From positions 5,964,791-6,028,790 of the forward strand of contig CM082596.2 of the NCBI GenBank assembly GCA_040954595.2: a stretch of 64,000 bases of DNA. Direction: 5' to 3'. Below the pieces are notes generated by a model. It saw only the letters and a program-made list of their open reading frames with translations. It did no database searches and was not told the DNA's origin. Position 1 is the stretch's first letter. The number at the start of each line of letters is the position of its first letter. Origin of the DNA: Balanoglossus misakiensis (Eukaryota > Animalia > Hemichordata). The position numbers were made by a program, and so were the translations under genes. This document shows, in pieces, positions 25,701 through 40,139 of the stretch.

Positions 25701-26771
25701 CTTAGCAGGAGTAATAGGAAAAAGTGACTATCCCAGCATACTTCAGTACTAGTATTTGTATTTGTACCAGTATAAAGCAACTACCTGTATTGCGCAAACT
25801 ATGCCAGAAATATCAAATGTGCTGTGATGCATTCTTGCAGGGCGTTTGGTCGGATGCTGAAGGACGACTACCTGAAAAACCTCGGGAAGAGACTGCACAC
25901 GCTGTACTTGTCCGAGAACTACAACGCGTGCGCCATCATCACCCAGGAGAAGTCCACAGACGTGCCGTATCTGGACAAGTTTGCGGTCAGTGCGCATTCA
26001 CAGGTATTAGGTGCTGCTCATACACAGCAATTGAGATTTCTCTCTCGGATTCATAAAACACTTTGTAGAGGGCTGACACCACCATGGCCTTGCATTGTGG
26101 AAATTTGGTTGATGCGCACGGTGCTTGAACTGTTGAAAACATATCAGACAGTGACTAACACTGGCTTTCCTTAAGTGAACATTCTAAAAGTGCTCGCTTG
26201 ATTATGGCAAAAAAGACATAGCACAAGTGACAAGAATACATTTTAAATGTGTGTGTATTTTGTTTTGTTTTTCAGGGTGAAGGCACCAGTGAAATGCTGT
26301 GGGAATGCGTACGCCGGGATTTCAAGACTCTCTTCTGGCGATCCCGTAACACCAACATGATTAACTCTTGGTGAGTTTTAGCACATAATCTTTGAAAGAA
26401 TTACTGGTAGGGTCATCGACTACATTTGAAATTCATTAAAAACCAACTATAAATGTAAAACAACTGATTTAGTTAATATGATGGTCAGTGGCTTAAATCA
26501 CAAATTGGCCTGTCTCTAAATTCTGATCAAGATTTCAAAGTGGAAACTAACCGTCTTGTAATCTCTCCGTTCTCCAAGGTATTTCAAGAGGTCCGAGGGC
26601 AGTTGGAGCAATGGAAGTTGGACCGTGTTCTGGTACGGCATTTCCGATCCCAAAGTCTCGTACGAGCTGGTGGACCACGCGGCTGGCTTGCCGTCGTCGT
26701 TCATTGATCCTCCGCCCCAGGAGACAACCAGACGTGAACATCCCTTCAGAAAGAAATTCTTGTTCCGCTGA
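22702..26771 (+). CDS. NAGS: N-acetylglutamate synthase, mitochondrial, vertebrate type (AAK-like domain plus DUF619/NAT domain)
   Basis: Eleven phase-consistent exons: 22702-23193, 23537-23656, 23799-23912, 24056-24237, 24375-24537, 24835-24915, 25146-25245, 25494-25587, 25841-26003, 26276-26370, 26579-26771 (1797 nt, 598 aa). Motifs: [34 protein letters not shown] (Arg-binding linker), [56 protein letters not shown]. Confidence 0.95.
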
Positions 26772-29488
26772 AATGCGACAGTTTCGTGTCATCTCCGGAA
26801 CCCGAGGATAACAGTGTACATAAGGACCATTGCTTTACTATCAGTGCAATCTGAGAGAGAAGAAAAAAGCAATTTCTGTTATTAAATTACTACTGTTTGA
26901 CATCAGGCAAGGAAATCCTTTGCTTGTGTTTGATGTTTCACGTTTTGAAGAGGCTTTAAGATTTGCAGTTCGAGTCGTCGACTTCTCCGCCACTGCTGCT
27001 CTTGTGTGCTACCATTGTCGTTACCACAGAATACCGCACTCCGTTGATACCCCATAGTGTGCTCATGTACCGTAGTTCAGACACTAAAGAGCTGCAGCTC
27101 ACTGGGTGCAGCACACACACACCACTGCGTGCATATTTCCTATAACTGAACTAAACATATTTGTTGATAGGACAATACAAAATAGACTGATCCTATAGGA
27201 ATGCATGATAGCTGCATATACATACATGTACGATGTAAACATTGACTGCATCAGATGATGATAACAGCAGCACAAATTTCACTCTTGAACATTCTAGCAG
27301 AGATGCAAAGAATTTGTCGCATCTCTGATTAACGATGTATACTTCAATGATTGCACCTTCTATGCTTTGTAGGAATATTTCTCAATTTTCTCACCTTTCG
27401 ATGCTGTAAATGCTGCATTTCTATCTTCTATAAGTGTATGCTGCCTCCTTGCCAAAAAAAGGAAAAAAACAATTGCTGTAAAATATACAATTTCTAGTTA
27501 CCATAAACCTTCATAAATATAACATTGCAGTTGCCATGTCAAAGTGATACTATAGACATGGAGTTGTATGTTGCAAATGTTTGATCATATCAGAAGCATG
27601 TTTAAAATTTTACAGCAATATTTTCAGTGGTTGCGTCAGCTTTTGTTTGCCTGTGTACACATTCCTTCTGATGAAATCTTATTTTGGTCAGACTGGTGAA
27701 ACTTTTTTGGGGAATTACAAGGTGATCTATGGGCATTAATGTTCTCCATGCAAGCAGTGAAATTAGAGAGATTTGGTCGGTTGGTTTTGCACATATGCTA
27801 ATCATGCTTGGCATCATGGGAAGGAGCTCAGAGTTGCCATTAATACAGTACCAGGTACTTTTGTTGCGTAAAATGTTCACAGAATCGCACCATTCATATA
27901 TTGGAAAACAGTGGACTTTTGGAAAAACAGTGCACGACACGCATACTGCACATTTCAAGGAAATGTGTTTTTTTTTTTTTTTTTGCCATGAATTGAAACG
28001 GCATAGAACAAAATGCACATCTTATGTGTGCCGCGTATTAAAGATGTACACATACAACCTTCCCCCCAAATCAAATGGAATAGTTCACTTACCTGGGTAA
28101 ATGGTGGAATATTCCATCGCAACAGGGACGCAGGGTCTGCTTTGCTTGACATGGCTTATTGATTTCAGTAATTCAGGGTTATGCTTTGTCGTAATGGATT
28201 TCTCATAACTAATGATTATTTGTCTCGGTCCAATTCATCATTCAGTCCAACTTTGCTCTTTAACGTGTACTCGAAAATACGTCTGTACCACGATAATGTG
28301 CATACTTTCCGATACCTGGAGTTAATATTTTTGTATTTTCAATAATGTTATTAACAATGTTACTGTATGTATTTACATACCAAATGCATATCCAGTTTTT
28401 ATGGTTTAACCCAACACCTTGTCCAGTGTACATGGTGTTGTGTTCACTAAATGAGACTTTAATAATTATATGATTCGTTTGGCAAAACAAAGTGAAATCT
28501 GAATAGAACACCAAAGGCAATACTCAAAATATCATAAATACTGGTAGAGCAGAAATGATATTTTATTTTATCTTGTTTTCCTCGAGATCAGGATGTAGCC
28601 TAGTACTTCTAGCCTGCACTTGTATGCTACGTCTGGTTTTACAGCTTTCTATGCAAGGCTACCTATCATAGATATATTCAGTATTTGCCAATAAGTGTTG
28701 TCAGTAAGTACTAACAGACATACACTGAGAATGTTATATATATTTTTCTGGTACGTGAAATTGTTTTCTGTTGTACCATTGTTACACAGAGAGTCCTTGT
28801 GTACCATACAGAAGTACTATTTAATGTGTGTTACAATGTAATTTCACTAATTTATTTTATTGGTTACCACACATTGGAGATGAGATATTTTTTTCTGTAT
28901 GGTTATTTTTTGTTTCCGCAGTTTAATTTTTCTGTGGACTGAGCCATAAACATATATTTTATGTTTTTCCTAGTTTAATCAATATTTACAGATCTTGTTT
29001 TTAATGATTTTCAAAGTGTGACAACTTTCATTTCATTGTCAGTCACCAGAGCTCTTTGTCAAACAAATCTCTTAAGTGTAAAATATGTGTTAAAAGTTTT
29101 CTTGCATTTTAGGTAGTTGAAGATTTTATGGGAAAAGGTTTATTGAAGTTGCATGTTTCTCAAACTTTTTTCTGCAGAAAGAGAGTTGTTAGTTCTTTTC
29201 GATCACCCCAACCTTTTTCACACCAAGGCTAGTGTGAGTGGAATGTATCATTCTCTGTAAAAAGGGGTGGCAGATATAGGTTGTCTTCTGCTTGTTCATA
29301 TATGGCAGAAATAAATACATGTATATGCAGAAAGAACATTGGGTTTCATGTATTTAATTCTCAGAGACAGTACACGAAGAGAACCGATGAAATTGAAGCT
29401 GAATTAGCTGTAATTAAAACAGCAGAATTTTGGGCAGGAGATTGCCCTCTGCTCTGGGTGAGCGACCTCCATGCTCACAGATCTATAT

Positions 29489-29582
29489 ATAACCCTTTCA
29501 CCACCATGGTTGGTTCCAAATCTATTGTTTTCTACGGTAAAGTTCCACCTCTATAGAGGGAAACGGGGGGTGAAAGGGTTAA
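29489..29582. mobile_element. ~92-bp piggyBac-like MITE, copy 2
   Basis: TAACCCTTTCACC...GGTGAAAGGGTTAA, with the same internal sequence as 6892-6983. It lies between the converging NAGS and FAM186-like 3' ends. Confidence 0.85.
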
Positions 29583-29753
29583 GCTGTAATACAGACAACG
29601 ATACGGTTGAGTGTTCGTAACATTTTAATGCACTGACACAGTTTTCAAAATTAAACAGAGTTGTCATCATCCCTGCAAACAGTCAACATAGAATTGCCCG
29701 CGAACATTAGACGCCGGGTGATTCCATTCTGACGGGGAGTTGCAACATTACCA

Positions 29754-32700
29754 TTAAAAGAGATAGTCGTCGTCTTCGTCTTCTTCCAGTAGATCGGGCG
29801 AGAACGGCGACTGCGTCACCATGAACGTTGCCAGTGGGGGCAGGTTCAGGGGGCCCCTGTCTCCCATACCAGAGCGTCTCCCGCACGGGGTGTCTCGTCG
29901 CCCGCTTGGGGTCAGTGACCTGGGGAAGAAAGTCAAATAACACGTCCACGAACCCATCAGAAATTCGATGGAATTATAGGAAGGTTCACATAATTATCTC
30001 CGAAAAGATTTCGCGGTAGTGAATATAAATTGCTGTGCTTGCAGAACTGTCAACACTCACTGTTTGGCCTTCGTCCGTTCTCTGTTGACATCCATGTCCA
30101 ACAACCGCGGGGTGGTTACCAGGGCGTTGTCATCATCTTCCGAAATGGCGGGCATCTGAAAGGGAATGACAAATAATTTTTCATGTCATTGGAGACAATG
30201 TAACCTTCCCAACGAACCCTGTTTGCAGTTCTCTAAATGTGCAATATCATGTACTGGTATCTGCAAGATGTGGACAAATCAAAACCGTGCTCTTACCTTC
30301 CACATGGGCCCCCTATCTCCGATAAGATTCATATGTCGGCCAATCAACGCGTCCGGTGACTCCAGCTCGGTACGGACGCCTTTGGAGTAGACCTGCATGG
30401 CCACTGATTGTCCTCCACTGGCTGCGACAGGGACCAGTTCACCACCTGGCTTCTTGGGCGCATACACAAAGATCGGCTTTATCAGGAGAATGCCACTCTC
30501 TTCGTACACGGCTTCAAATCTGAAATGATAGAAATTTTGGATAGATGGCACTGTTGTGGGAACGATGCAATGATGATGATGATGATGATGGTGATGGTGA
30601 TGGTGATGATGATGATGGTGATGATGATGATGATGATGAAAAAGAACATGATGATAAAATGTTCAATGGACATATGTGCTTATGAACTGAATGAAGCTAT
30701 GGAGTAATGCTGTAAGCAAGGTTGTAAAAGGAGAGTATTAAATGTGAAGAAGATTCATATACGATACTCACATGGCCTTCATTTGTTCATACAATTTGGT
30801 GCGCTCTTGTTTCACCTTTTCCGCTCGCTCTTTCCAGCGTTGATTGGTCTGTTGAAGAATAAGAAACAAATTTCCATGAAGAGATAAAGCAAAAGGGTAA
30901 TATATGGTATAATACTTGACATAAACAGTTTCAACTGTATTTTAATTATGTCAGAAGGCACGACATGCTCAGGGAATTTTTTTTTTTTTCATTTTGATTA
31001 CTATTAATGATCTCTCAACTGGCAATCATGTAAGGTTTCTCATGTGAGAAATCTTCAACATAACTTCATAAGAATGTGTTTTGAAATCAAAAATATATCA
31101 ACAAGTCTGAATTTACTTCAGTCATTCTTTTCTCCATGTTCTCAATGAACTGTCGAAGTTCCCAGTGTTCAGCGCCGGTGGTCTGGTTCAACTGCTTCCG
31201 TAGTTTGTCTGAAAATACACAAACACAAATGAAAGTAACTTCAAAACTCATAAACACAAACATAATGAAAGTCAATGCACACAGTTTTACCTCAGATCCT
31301 CACCTTTGTTTATTGCTACAGACCAACAGCATATAAACATTAAAAACTCAACAGAACATGTTAAAGTGTCAACATTTCACGTCATCTGGAGAATCGAGAT
31401 GCAGCAGTCCTGCATTAAATGTATCTTGATCCACAGGTGTTCTAGCTGCTGGTGTAAAACTATCTCCAAACTTAATGCGGTAACCCGACTCTTGATTGTA
31501 ACATCACAGCTCACTTTTGTCTGTGACTTGTAAGCTTTGAATAATTCACAACTTTGTGGGCATGGTGACTGACCTCACCCTGAATAAGTAGACCGACCTG
31601 CCCTGGGAGAACGTGTGGGCCGTACCAAATCGAACAATTAATTTAGGGGTGATTGGATGGAATAACGATTAGTGCATCTAAACAAAAAAATCAATTATCA
31701 AAAAAGAGTGACTAGTGAGGCAAATGAACTATATAGTAAAATATTGATCAACAAATTGATTTACCCTTTCAGAGCTACATGACTTGTACAACTCCATTGT
31801 CTTTCATGGTGTGTTAGGGATGAATTACCTGTCAATCATGCATGTGCAACACTCCTAGTGTTTATAAGACTCTTGTCTGTGTTTTGAGGGTAGGCTTATC
31901 AAACAAACAGCACATACATGCACTATCAACTTTGTAGAGAAACTTAGGGACTCACGTGACATTTGACAATTTTGTTTTGTCTGCATGTTATCAGCAGACA
32001 GAATTAGAAAATGTATGACTCACCTCTATTTTCTCGGAATTTACTGTACTGGATGTATCTTTCAAACAGATTGCGTAATCTGATGATTGGAATATCCATG
32101 GATTTTTTGATAACCTCCATTGTGATCTGCAGGTAGGCGAAAAAAAATTATAAATTATTAAACTGAATTAAATTAAATTAAACTAAAACATTCTTTGAGA
32201 ATTAAATTCATGTACAGACTTTTTTGTCAAGTTTGATATTTTGCAAAAATTGATGTCATGGTCTGCCTCATTTTGCAAAAATTGACCATTGTTCCCAAGT
32301 TAAACCAGGATCCCCCATCAGTGTGGAAAAGCCAATCTTGTTGAGAACAATAGAAATCTGGTTTTACTTTTCAGCTCTCGGAAAGCTAAAATTAATTACA
32401 GCAGTCACAGAAACATATTATTGATACTTTGATACTTACAAAATGCATATCATCGGATATCTTCTCTTCTTGAAGGGCTTCTGCCAACTTGTCCAGATTC
32501 CTCTTTTGGTCGGTCAAGCTGAACTTGATCACTTCTGGTTCAGCCTTTTCAGCAAGATTGATCCGCGACTGCACAAGTCTGCTTTTCTGTGGGAGTGAAA
32601 AAACCGATACAGAATCAAATGGTGCATTGGAACTATACAATGAGCTGCACTTTGAGACAGATCTTGATCCAGTTTAACCCAGCTTTCACCCCTAATTCCC

Positions 32701-35700
32701 TCTTTAGAGGCTCCACTTTACAATAGGAAACAATGGATTTGGACCAAACCATTGTGGTGAAAAGGTTGGCTGCCTCCCAATGACACCCTCCCACCCCGCT
32801 CTCAGCTACCTCAACCCTCCCTCAAAAGACTTACAGCGTGTCTCAGATCAAGCTTCATCTTCTTCATGGCCTGGTCATGCGAGTAGCCTTCCTGAGTCAT
32901 GGTCTGCCTCAGCTCATGCAACTTAGAGTCTCGTTTCTTGATTTCTTCAATAAACTCCTTACGCCTGCAAGAACACAATTCAAATGCCATGTTTCATCAG
33001 GCAAGTGCATCTTTGATCATCTCACTCTCAAGAACCATTTGGAACAAAATAATATTTCACAGATTGAATAAAAATGAGCTGGTCCCATACTTACATGGTA
33101 GCGATCTCTTTCTGAGCAGCATTGTGGTTTATGATCAAATTCTTGTACCTCTCCAACAGTGATTGGTATTTTTCCTCCTGCAGTGTTAGTAGTGATGAAG
33201 ATGATAGTGATGGTGGGGAAAGGGTGACCATGGCAACAGAGGAAGAGGATCAGCAGGTTGGTTAATTTGAAATATGATAGGACATGATTGACAGATGCAA
33301 ATAAGGTATAGAAGCATGGTGCATATAGTAGGGAAAAAGGCAAGATGGATTGAGGCATTGATTAGGTACTTAGGATAGGTGCACAGAACAAAAGTTATAG
33401 GCAGTTGAAAGTCCTTGGACTTGGAAAAGACAGAAATGTGGTAATGAAAAATGGAGAAAAACACAGGAAAATGGTGTTAATGATTCAAAGTCTTCACACT
33501 CTGCCAGTATCTCATAATGCTGAAAAACATATGAGTATACGGCTGCCTTGTAAATACTCACATGAATTCTCTTTGTTTCCGTCAATAAATTTTCAGTTGC
33601 CATGACGTCATCTTTGGCCTGCAAGAACAGTGAGAATGAGTATTAGAATGCAAGGCTTGTTTGAACTTTGTTTGTACAAAGTCTACCAAGTGCAAACCTA
33701 CATGTAGTTACCCTGTTGACGTTAATTATTATGAAGTTTTGCATAAAATGCACACACCTTATTGACTTTTTCTTGTAACTGTTCATTTTGTTGTTTCAAT
33801 CTTGCGAGTTTCTCCTGATAAGGTTCTCCATCTGCTCCGTGTTCCTCTCCACTCGTCTTCTTCATCAGTTGTGTCTCTTTCAGCTCAATTCTCTGTTGCC
33901 ATGGAATCAATAAAAAAATATGTAAAATAAATTTCACGGTTATGACATTCAAGTCCCAGGATATTATAAGTATAATCAGAATAACACCTCACCTTGTTAA
34001 TCATGGCTTGCGATACCTTAAATTCTAAGGCTACCATCACTGCAATAGACAACAGATAAAATTTGGAATGATTTCGTATGAGCTATACACCTATCTCCAA
34101 ACTCAATTATGACTGATACTTGTCTCACGTTATCCACTGTTTGTGATCATATAAAGCTATGTAAATGTAATATCTAGATGTTGAATAACACATCATCAGA
34201 ATAGTTTGAGCAAAATACATGTAGTTTGTGAAATGATAGATTATTCATACTCACACTCAGTGGCCAGACCCGACACTGTGCTCAACATGACTTTAGTATC
34301 CTGTGGTAGTGATAGCTGTCAACAAAGAGATTTCAAATTTAACCAAAAGTTAAGAATTTCAATTGACATTAATATCAATTCTTAAAGCATCATTATCAGG
34401 ACAACATGTAGCTATGGGCTCATGTTATCCACTGCCCTCTATAGTTAGAAATTTCACATGAAAACAAAGTGATAAGACTCTTACCTCTTCTGTCGGCAAA
34501 TCTTTCAGCGTTGTTCTCATTTCATGAGCCAGATCCAACAAACCTGTCGGAGATAAGCGATAACTACATGACAACTCTATTATGATCACTTCCAATCAGT
34601 AAATCTAAGAATCAGTTGTTCAAGAATCACATGACAATCGGCAAATCTGAAACAAATTTTGAAAGCAAAGTTAAAATTACAAAGATTACTACCTGTAATC
34701 TACACTTATTGTTTTGTGTATAAACATCAGATAGCCAGAAAGAAATGTATGAGATTAAGCCGAAGATAATTTTCCCCCAATATTAAAACATAATATTGGT
34801 CTATTCCTATTTCCTACCTTCTCTGTCAAAGATTAATGCCATGGATTCTTTGAATCGGTTGATAGCTCTCAGTAGATGAATGCACTCCTTGTGAATTCCT
34901 AGAAGTCTGTTGTTCAATTCTTGATCTTGGCGACGTAAGGCAGCCTCACATCTAAGGATCAATACAAAATATTACGATCATTAATTTAAGAGAATGACAC
35001 ACACAGCAGAATGAACAAATTTTCGAAATACTAGTACCAACAGTGCCCTCATACGACAGACATGTCACCGACCTTTGTCTTTCTTTCAACAGATGTTCTT
35101 TCAGTTTATTGATCTCCGCCTCGTAGTCGGATTTCATCCGATTGACAGCTTGCTTGTAATTGGGATCTTCGCTGAGTTCCTCAGCATTCATTTTGTTCAG
35201 TTTGCCCTTGGCCATGATCGAGGCTCTCCTCTTCTTTTTGGCCATTGTCTGGGTTTCATGTGTCACCTCTTTCAATCGTTTCTCCTACAAAACAAACAAC
35301 GATTCATGTATTTTAATTTGTAGACACTTTTTCCAACCAACACTACTATGATGTTGATCAAACGATGCATTTCAAGTTTACAAAGATTACACCCATACAA
35401 CTATTTTTTTCTTCTGTTACATGGAGCCTGGTATATGATATTCTTTCAAACATAATTTGTGAGATTTATTTGTTTAATCTCTTCTATATCATCTATATCA
35501 TATCATCTATTTCGATTTACATTAATTTTATGGTTCTTTTCTGAACTTCTAGGCGATTGTTTTTACCTGGAATTGTATGGCTTCATTTTTTCCTTTCAAT
35601 TCTGTTTTCAACAGCGCAATGTCTCTTTCCAGTTGTGCAATCTGGTGTCAAAAAGAAATGATAATGTTAAAAGGCAACGAGTCTGGTAGTAATGATAGTT

Positions 35701-38700
35701 GATTTTTGAAAGCTTTCTGTCTATATTTTGGTGATAAAAAGAAAATAAATACAAAGATAGGGGTATTGTGAGAGATGGAGAATTTTGTATATTTTACTCA
35801 CAGTCTGTTTCAGCTCAATCTCAATTTTGTGATAATCTTCCTTCACAGTTTGCCATTCGCTTTGTTGATTGGATTTCTCAGCTTTCGCTAACTCCAACTG
35901 CTTCTCAAGTTGTTTGGCATTCTCTGAAATCGAAAACAAAATGTTTTGAGCCACGTCACAACAACACACAGCACAGGATAATAAAAATAACTATTTGGAT
36001 AGTACATAAATACACATCTTTAGATCCAAACAAAAGACTATGAAATGTCCTGACCTTTTGCAAGCATGAGTCCATTCTGCAACTTGGAGATCTGGACACT
36101 GAGTTTGCTGAGTTTATCCTTGATTTGTTTGTTTTCGTTCCTCAGCTGTTGAACCATGTGCTTCATGGCCTCGTTTTCATTCTGGAGCCTTACCAGTTCA
36201 TCTGCACTCTCTACAGAGGGGGAGAAAATCAGTCAAATCATTTCCATGTGAATATCACTCAATCAATCAATCAATCAATCAATCACTCAATCAATCAATC
36301 ACTCAATCAATCACTCTCTCACTCACTCACTCACTCACTCACTCACTCACTCACTCACTCACTCACTCACTCACTCACTCACTCAATCAATCAATCAATC
36401 AATCAAATGAGGAACACAACAGACAACTGACCATCAACCTCTGGTATATCCGGAGTCATGGGAATCGTCACTGTGCTGGGTCTTTTCCAGATTCCTCCCT
36501 CCTCCAGAGCTTCTATGTATTCCTGCATTTCCTTGTTTTTCTGTTCCAGCTCCTCCTGAAATTTGGATGGAAATGAATAAATTTGAATTGGCAGTACTCG
36601 GAATGCTTCTGGTAAACGAATAATGTAAATGCAGTCAAAAGTAGCACCAAGTTCAAAAACAAAATTCTTTTCACAAATCAAACAATGTGGTTAATTGTGA
36701 TTGCTACTGATTTTTCTCTCCCTTTTATGAATTCTGTTTAATCAGAATTTGTTATCATTATTTCACTCACCACTTGTTGTTTCCGTTTGTCCATCCGTAT
36801 GGTGATGTCATCGATGTTGAGTTTAAGCCGATCTCTCTCGTTCTGCAGCCGTTCATTTGCCTTGGACACCTGATTGATTTTCAGTTGATAGTCCAGCATT
36901 TCCTGGCCGAACTGCGCCGCCTCTTTGTTGCGTCTCTCGATTGCGATGCAGATGAAATTGAATTGTTTTAGAGCTTGTTTGGCAGCTGGTAGAATAAAAG
37001 TCATACAAATAAAACCACAATTAGAACCTGCCTTGTGTTAATTTTTTTTACAACAAAACCGTCGCAGGAAAGCACACTTCCTTATGACATTGACTGTATA
37101 CAATTTTCGTAACCAGAGTCTCTGGTTTGGCACATACGCATAAGACAGTCGTTGCCCTTTAAGTATACGTAAAAATTGCACATTGACTATAATAAAGTGG
37201 CCACTATAGTCTACAGATTGACTGAAGGTGCTTTAGGCAGTACAACAAGCAATAATCAAAGATACAATTTGACACTGTGACTTGTTTCTAAAAAATATTG
37301 AAAAGGATTGCGATAGATGTGAAAATTGATGGTCGTCAAACTTACAAGTTTTGACATTGGCGTTGCGAGCACTCTTGGCGCATTCTGTGAGTGCCTGTTT
37401 GACCTCCTGAGAAGCGGTCTTCCAGCTTTCGGCATCGCCCATCAGTGAAGTGTCTGATAACAAAAAATCAGAACCACAAAGTAAGCGACGGACATTCCAA
37501 GTCTGTATAAAAGATAGCACTCAGGTGGAAATTTTGAAAGGAATCGGGCCGAGTGAAGGTGAAATGCATGAAATCTACTTCTCTCTCTCTCTCTCTGTAT
37601 GAGTGCGTTTCCAAGACTTTTATTTCTTACCGTCTAAGTCGTCTTGGCCACCCGTTCCTTGTCTTGGTTTTGCTGCTCTTTCAGATCTCTTCTTTGCTGC
37701 AAGCAGACTAAGATATCTCCGCTGACCCTCTCCCATCATATCAGCACTGGACAGACAAGAAAAACCAGATGAGCTTGTCAATCATAATCTGATGAATATT
37801 CATTGGAATATTTGGATGGATAATGTGTAAGACTTTTATAGACTTTAATAGCTTAATACTGGACAACGTAACAGTATTGTAGTAGTTCTTTTAAATATAA
37901 ATATCACCCCCTTCTGAATTTGGCTTCTTTACCTCTCCTCTTCTTCCTCTTCTTGTTCCTCTAAGATTTCCTTGAAGACGGTCTCACTGAGACGTTTGAT
38001 TTTCTTGGCTGAGCTCTCAGCTGTCAGCATAGCATTTCTGTGACATCCAATTTGGAAAAGAATAAAAAGATTCATCAATTCTCACGATTCAATCATAAAT
38101 AAGCATAGTTAGCTCACAGCCTTTTGGCATTTCAGCTAATTTTTATCTACAGGTCGAATTGTAGCTCTTCTCCCAGATCATGGCATTATTTCACAACAGA
38201 GAAACTGCAGTTTTTGAATTCCTTTAACCCTTTCACCCCCAGTTCCCTCTTCAGAGGTCCAACCTAACCATAGAAAACAATGGGTTTGGACTGAACCATT
38301 GTAGTGAAAGGGTTAATCTTGCAAACTTTACCTAATGGCTCTGTGAATCTCCTTCTCCTCCTTCTCTTGATTAAGCAGTTCTGTATCATCTGTCATTTCC
38401 CTAGCCTACGAATTTATTTCAAATGAGCGGAAACATTTTAATAACTTTTTATTCATTCTTGGTTTGTGTCAAGTAAGTTCTTGAGTCAATAAACCTTAAA
38501 AGTACATACATACTTTTAAATCTATTCTTCAATTAATGAGATAAACTTACCACTGCCTCTGTAGTTTCATTCATCCAAAAGACAACCTCATCCATTAACT
38601 TAAAAAAACAAAGATAGGGACAAACAATGATACATGATTAGGGCATCTACCGTCGCTCACACATGCATCATCAGGATAAAATAACCTGAAACAAGCTGCT

Positions 38701-40139
38701 TGAAAGTATATGCAGCTCCTAACATAGCCAGTGCTAGCTAGCTCCCATTTTATCATCCTTATTGTTGGAACTATCTGGGGTACAATAAACAAGACGTGAA
38801 ATTGAAGTCCTAGAATATAATAGTAATGATTCAGTATCTGCTTAATTAACAACTTACAGCGTTTCTTCGAATGGACACTTGAAGATATTCATGGATGTGG
38901 TCTATCACTGATCTTTGATGGAGAATCTGGGAAGTAAACATACGCACCGATAATAGTGACCGTTTGTTAAACTTGGGCAGAAACAAGGAACATCAGATTT
39001 TGGTTTTATTAAAACGTTACAAGAAACCACAGTTGGTTGGTGCACAGAACAAAAATACTCAAACAGCAGTCAAAGTTTCAGTACAGATTTTATAAAATGC
39101 AACTAACCCTTTCTCTTCGTTCCTTGGTTGAGTATCCCGGCGGTCGGTTCTTAAGGGTGGCCTCGGCCATAATCTATATACACAAAACAAACCCTTATTA
39201 TTATAGAATTACTAGATTTGCAAAATTCCTAATTGAAGACATACAACTACAGCTGAAACCCACCTATGACGGTTTCATCATTATTAAAGATTCCTGTCAA
39301 ATTCCCAATTCAAGCTTCATCCAACATTTAATGAGCACAGAAAGGTGTCTAAATGGCAAGCCTCTAAAATTAATATGTGGCTTCTACTACAAATTTTACA
39401 AAGTAAACTTTTCAAATGAAAGCTGACTCAACAAGATATGGACTGTCAAGAGAAAATTGTTCTGAATTTAAATATTTTGAAGAGAAGAACGTTCTCATAC
39501 CTGTGTTTGTGACATATGCAGATCAGGATTTATTCCAAAATGAACCAAAGCCTAAAAAGAAAGAAATATTCCATAATTTCAAAGTAACCACAAATAAAAT
39601 ACATGCATAAAAGTCTTTATATGATTGTAAGGCAAAATAAAAAGTCTTCTGATGAAAGAAAACATTGACCAGAAATAGGTCAGTGATGTACTTACAGCTT
39701 TGACCCGGGAGTGAATTTTTTCCAACATTGTCACAGTGTCTGCTTGTTCCCTCCTTGCCTTTGCCATCTCTATATTGTGCAAGATTTGCAAAACGTCGCC
39801 TGACGTCCCCAGGTCCGTCTCCTCCAAAACCTGCTTCTTCATTTCCTTCTGTTGCTTTTTCTGTCGGCGGAGTGGCGCCGTCCACTTCTTGGCAATCGCG
39901 GCTTTTTGAAACTCAGTGGGAACCTCAGCGTCCTTTTCTTGATCGACAACTCGTGCATCTCTCCTTTCTCCAACATCAAAAGCCGTCTGTCGTTTCATCT
40001 TCTTCAGTGTCTTTCTCAAGACTTCCGCCTCTTCCTCCTCCTGATCCCTTTTCACTTTCTTCATCATCTCACTGATTTCGTTTTGATTGAGGATCTGGAG
40101 AACGTCTTGGTATTTATGTCGGTCTGAACGTCTTGCCAT
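29754..40139 (-). CDS. FAM186: FAM186A/B-like large coiled-coil protein, multi-exon
   Basis: ATG at 40139, followed by many short E/K/Q-rich GT-AG exons. The N-terminal TSGDVLQILHNIEMAKARREQADTVTMLEKIHSRVKA resembles the recalled FAM186 N-domain (TSVKAIILRIEAAQLTRAQEDISTQLSDILDNV). The C-terminal exons ELRQFIENMEKRMTE/TNQRWKERAEKVKQERTKLYEQMKAM/FEAVYEESGILLIKP and TPRLLDMDV resemble the FAM186 C-domain (..FLENIDRLQ..W..R..MVTMF.. and IPRLLTLDV). The last exon ends EEDEDDDYLF-TAA at 29754. The gene is certain; the family call is from memory. Confidence 0.72.
30570..30638. repeat. (ATG/GTG)n microsatellite, intronic
   Basis: Directly visible; it produces the poly-M and poly-I ORFs. Confidence 0.95.
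32674..32769. mobile_element. piggyBac-like MITE, copy 3 (reverse orientation, degenerate)
   Basis: TTAACCC(AG)CTTTCACCCC...TTTGGACCAAACCATTGTGGTGAAAAGGTT is the reverse complement of copy 1. Confidence 0.75.
36257..36405. repeat. Compound (TCAA)n/(TCAC)n tetranucleotide microsatellite, intronic
   Basis: Directly visible; it fills most of a short FAM186-like intron. Confidence 0.95.
38224..38316. mobile_element. piggyBac-like MITE, copy 4 (reverse orientation)
   Basis: TTAACCCTTTCAC...GTGAAAGGGTTAA, with both TTAA flanks intact. Confidence 0.85.
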
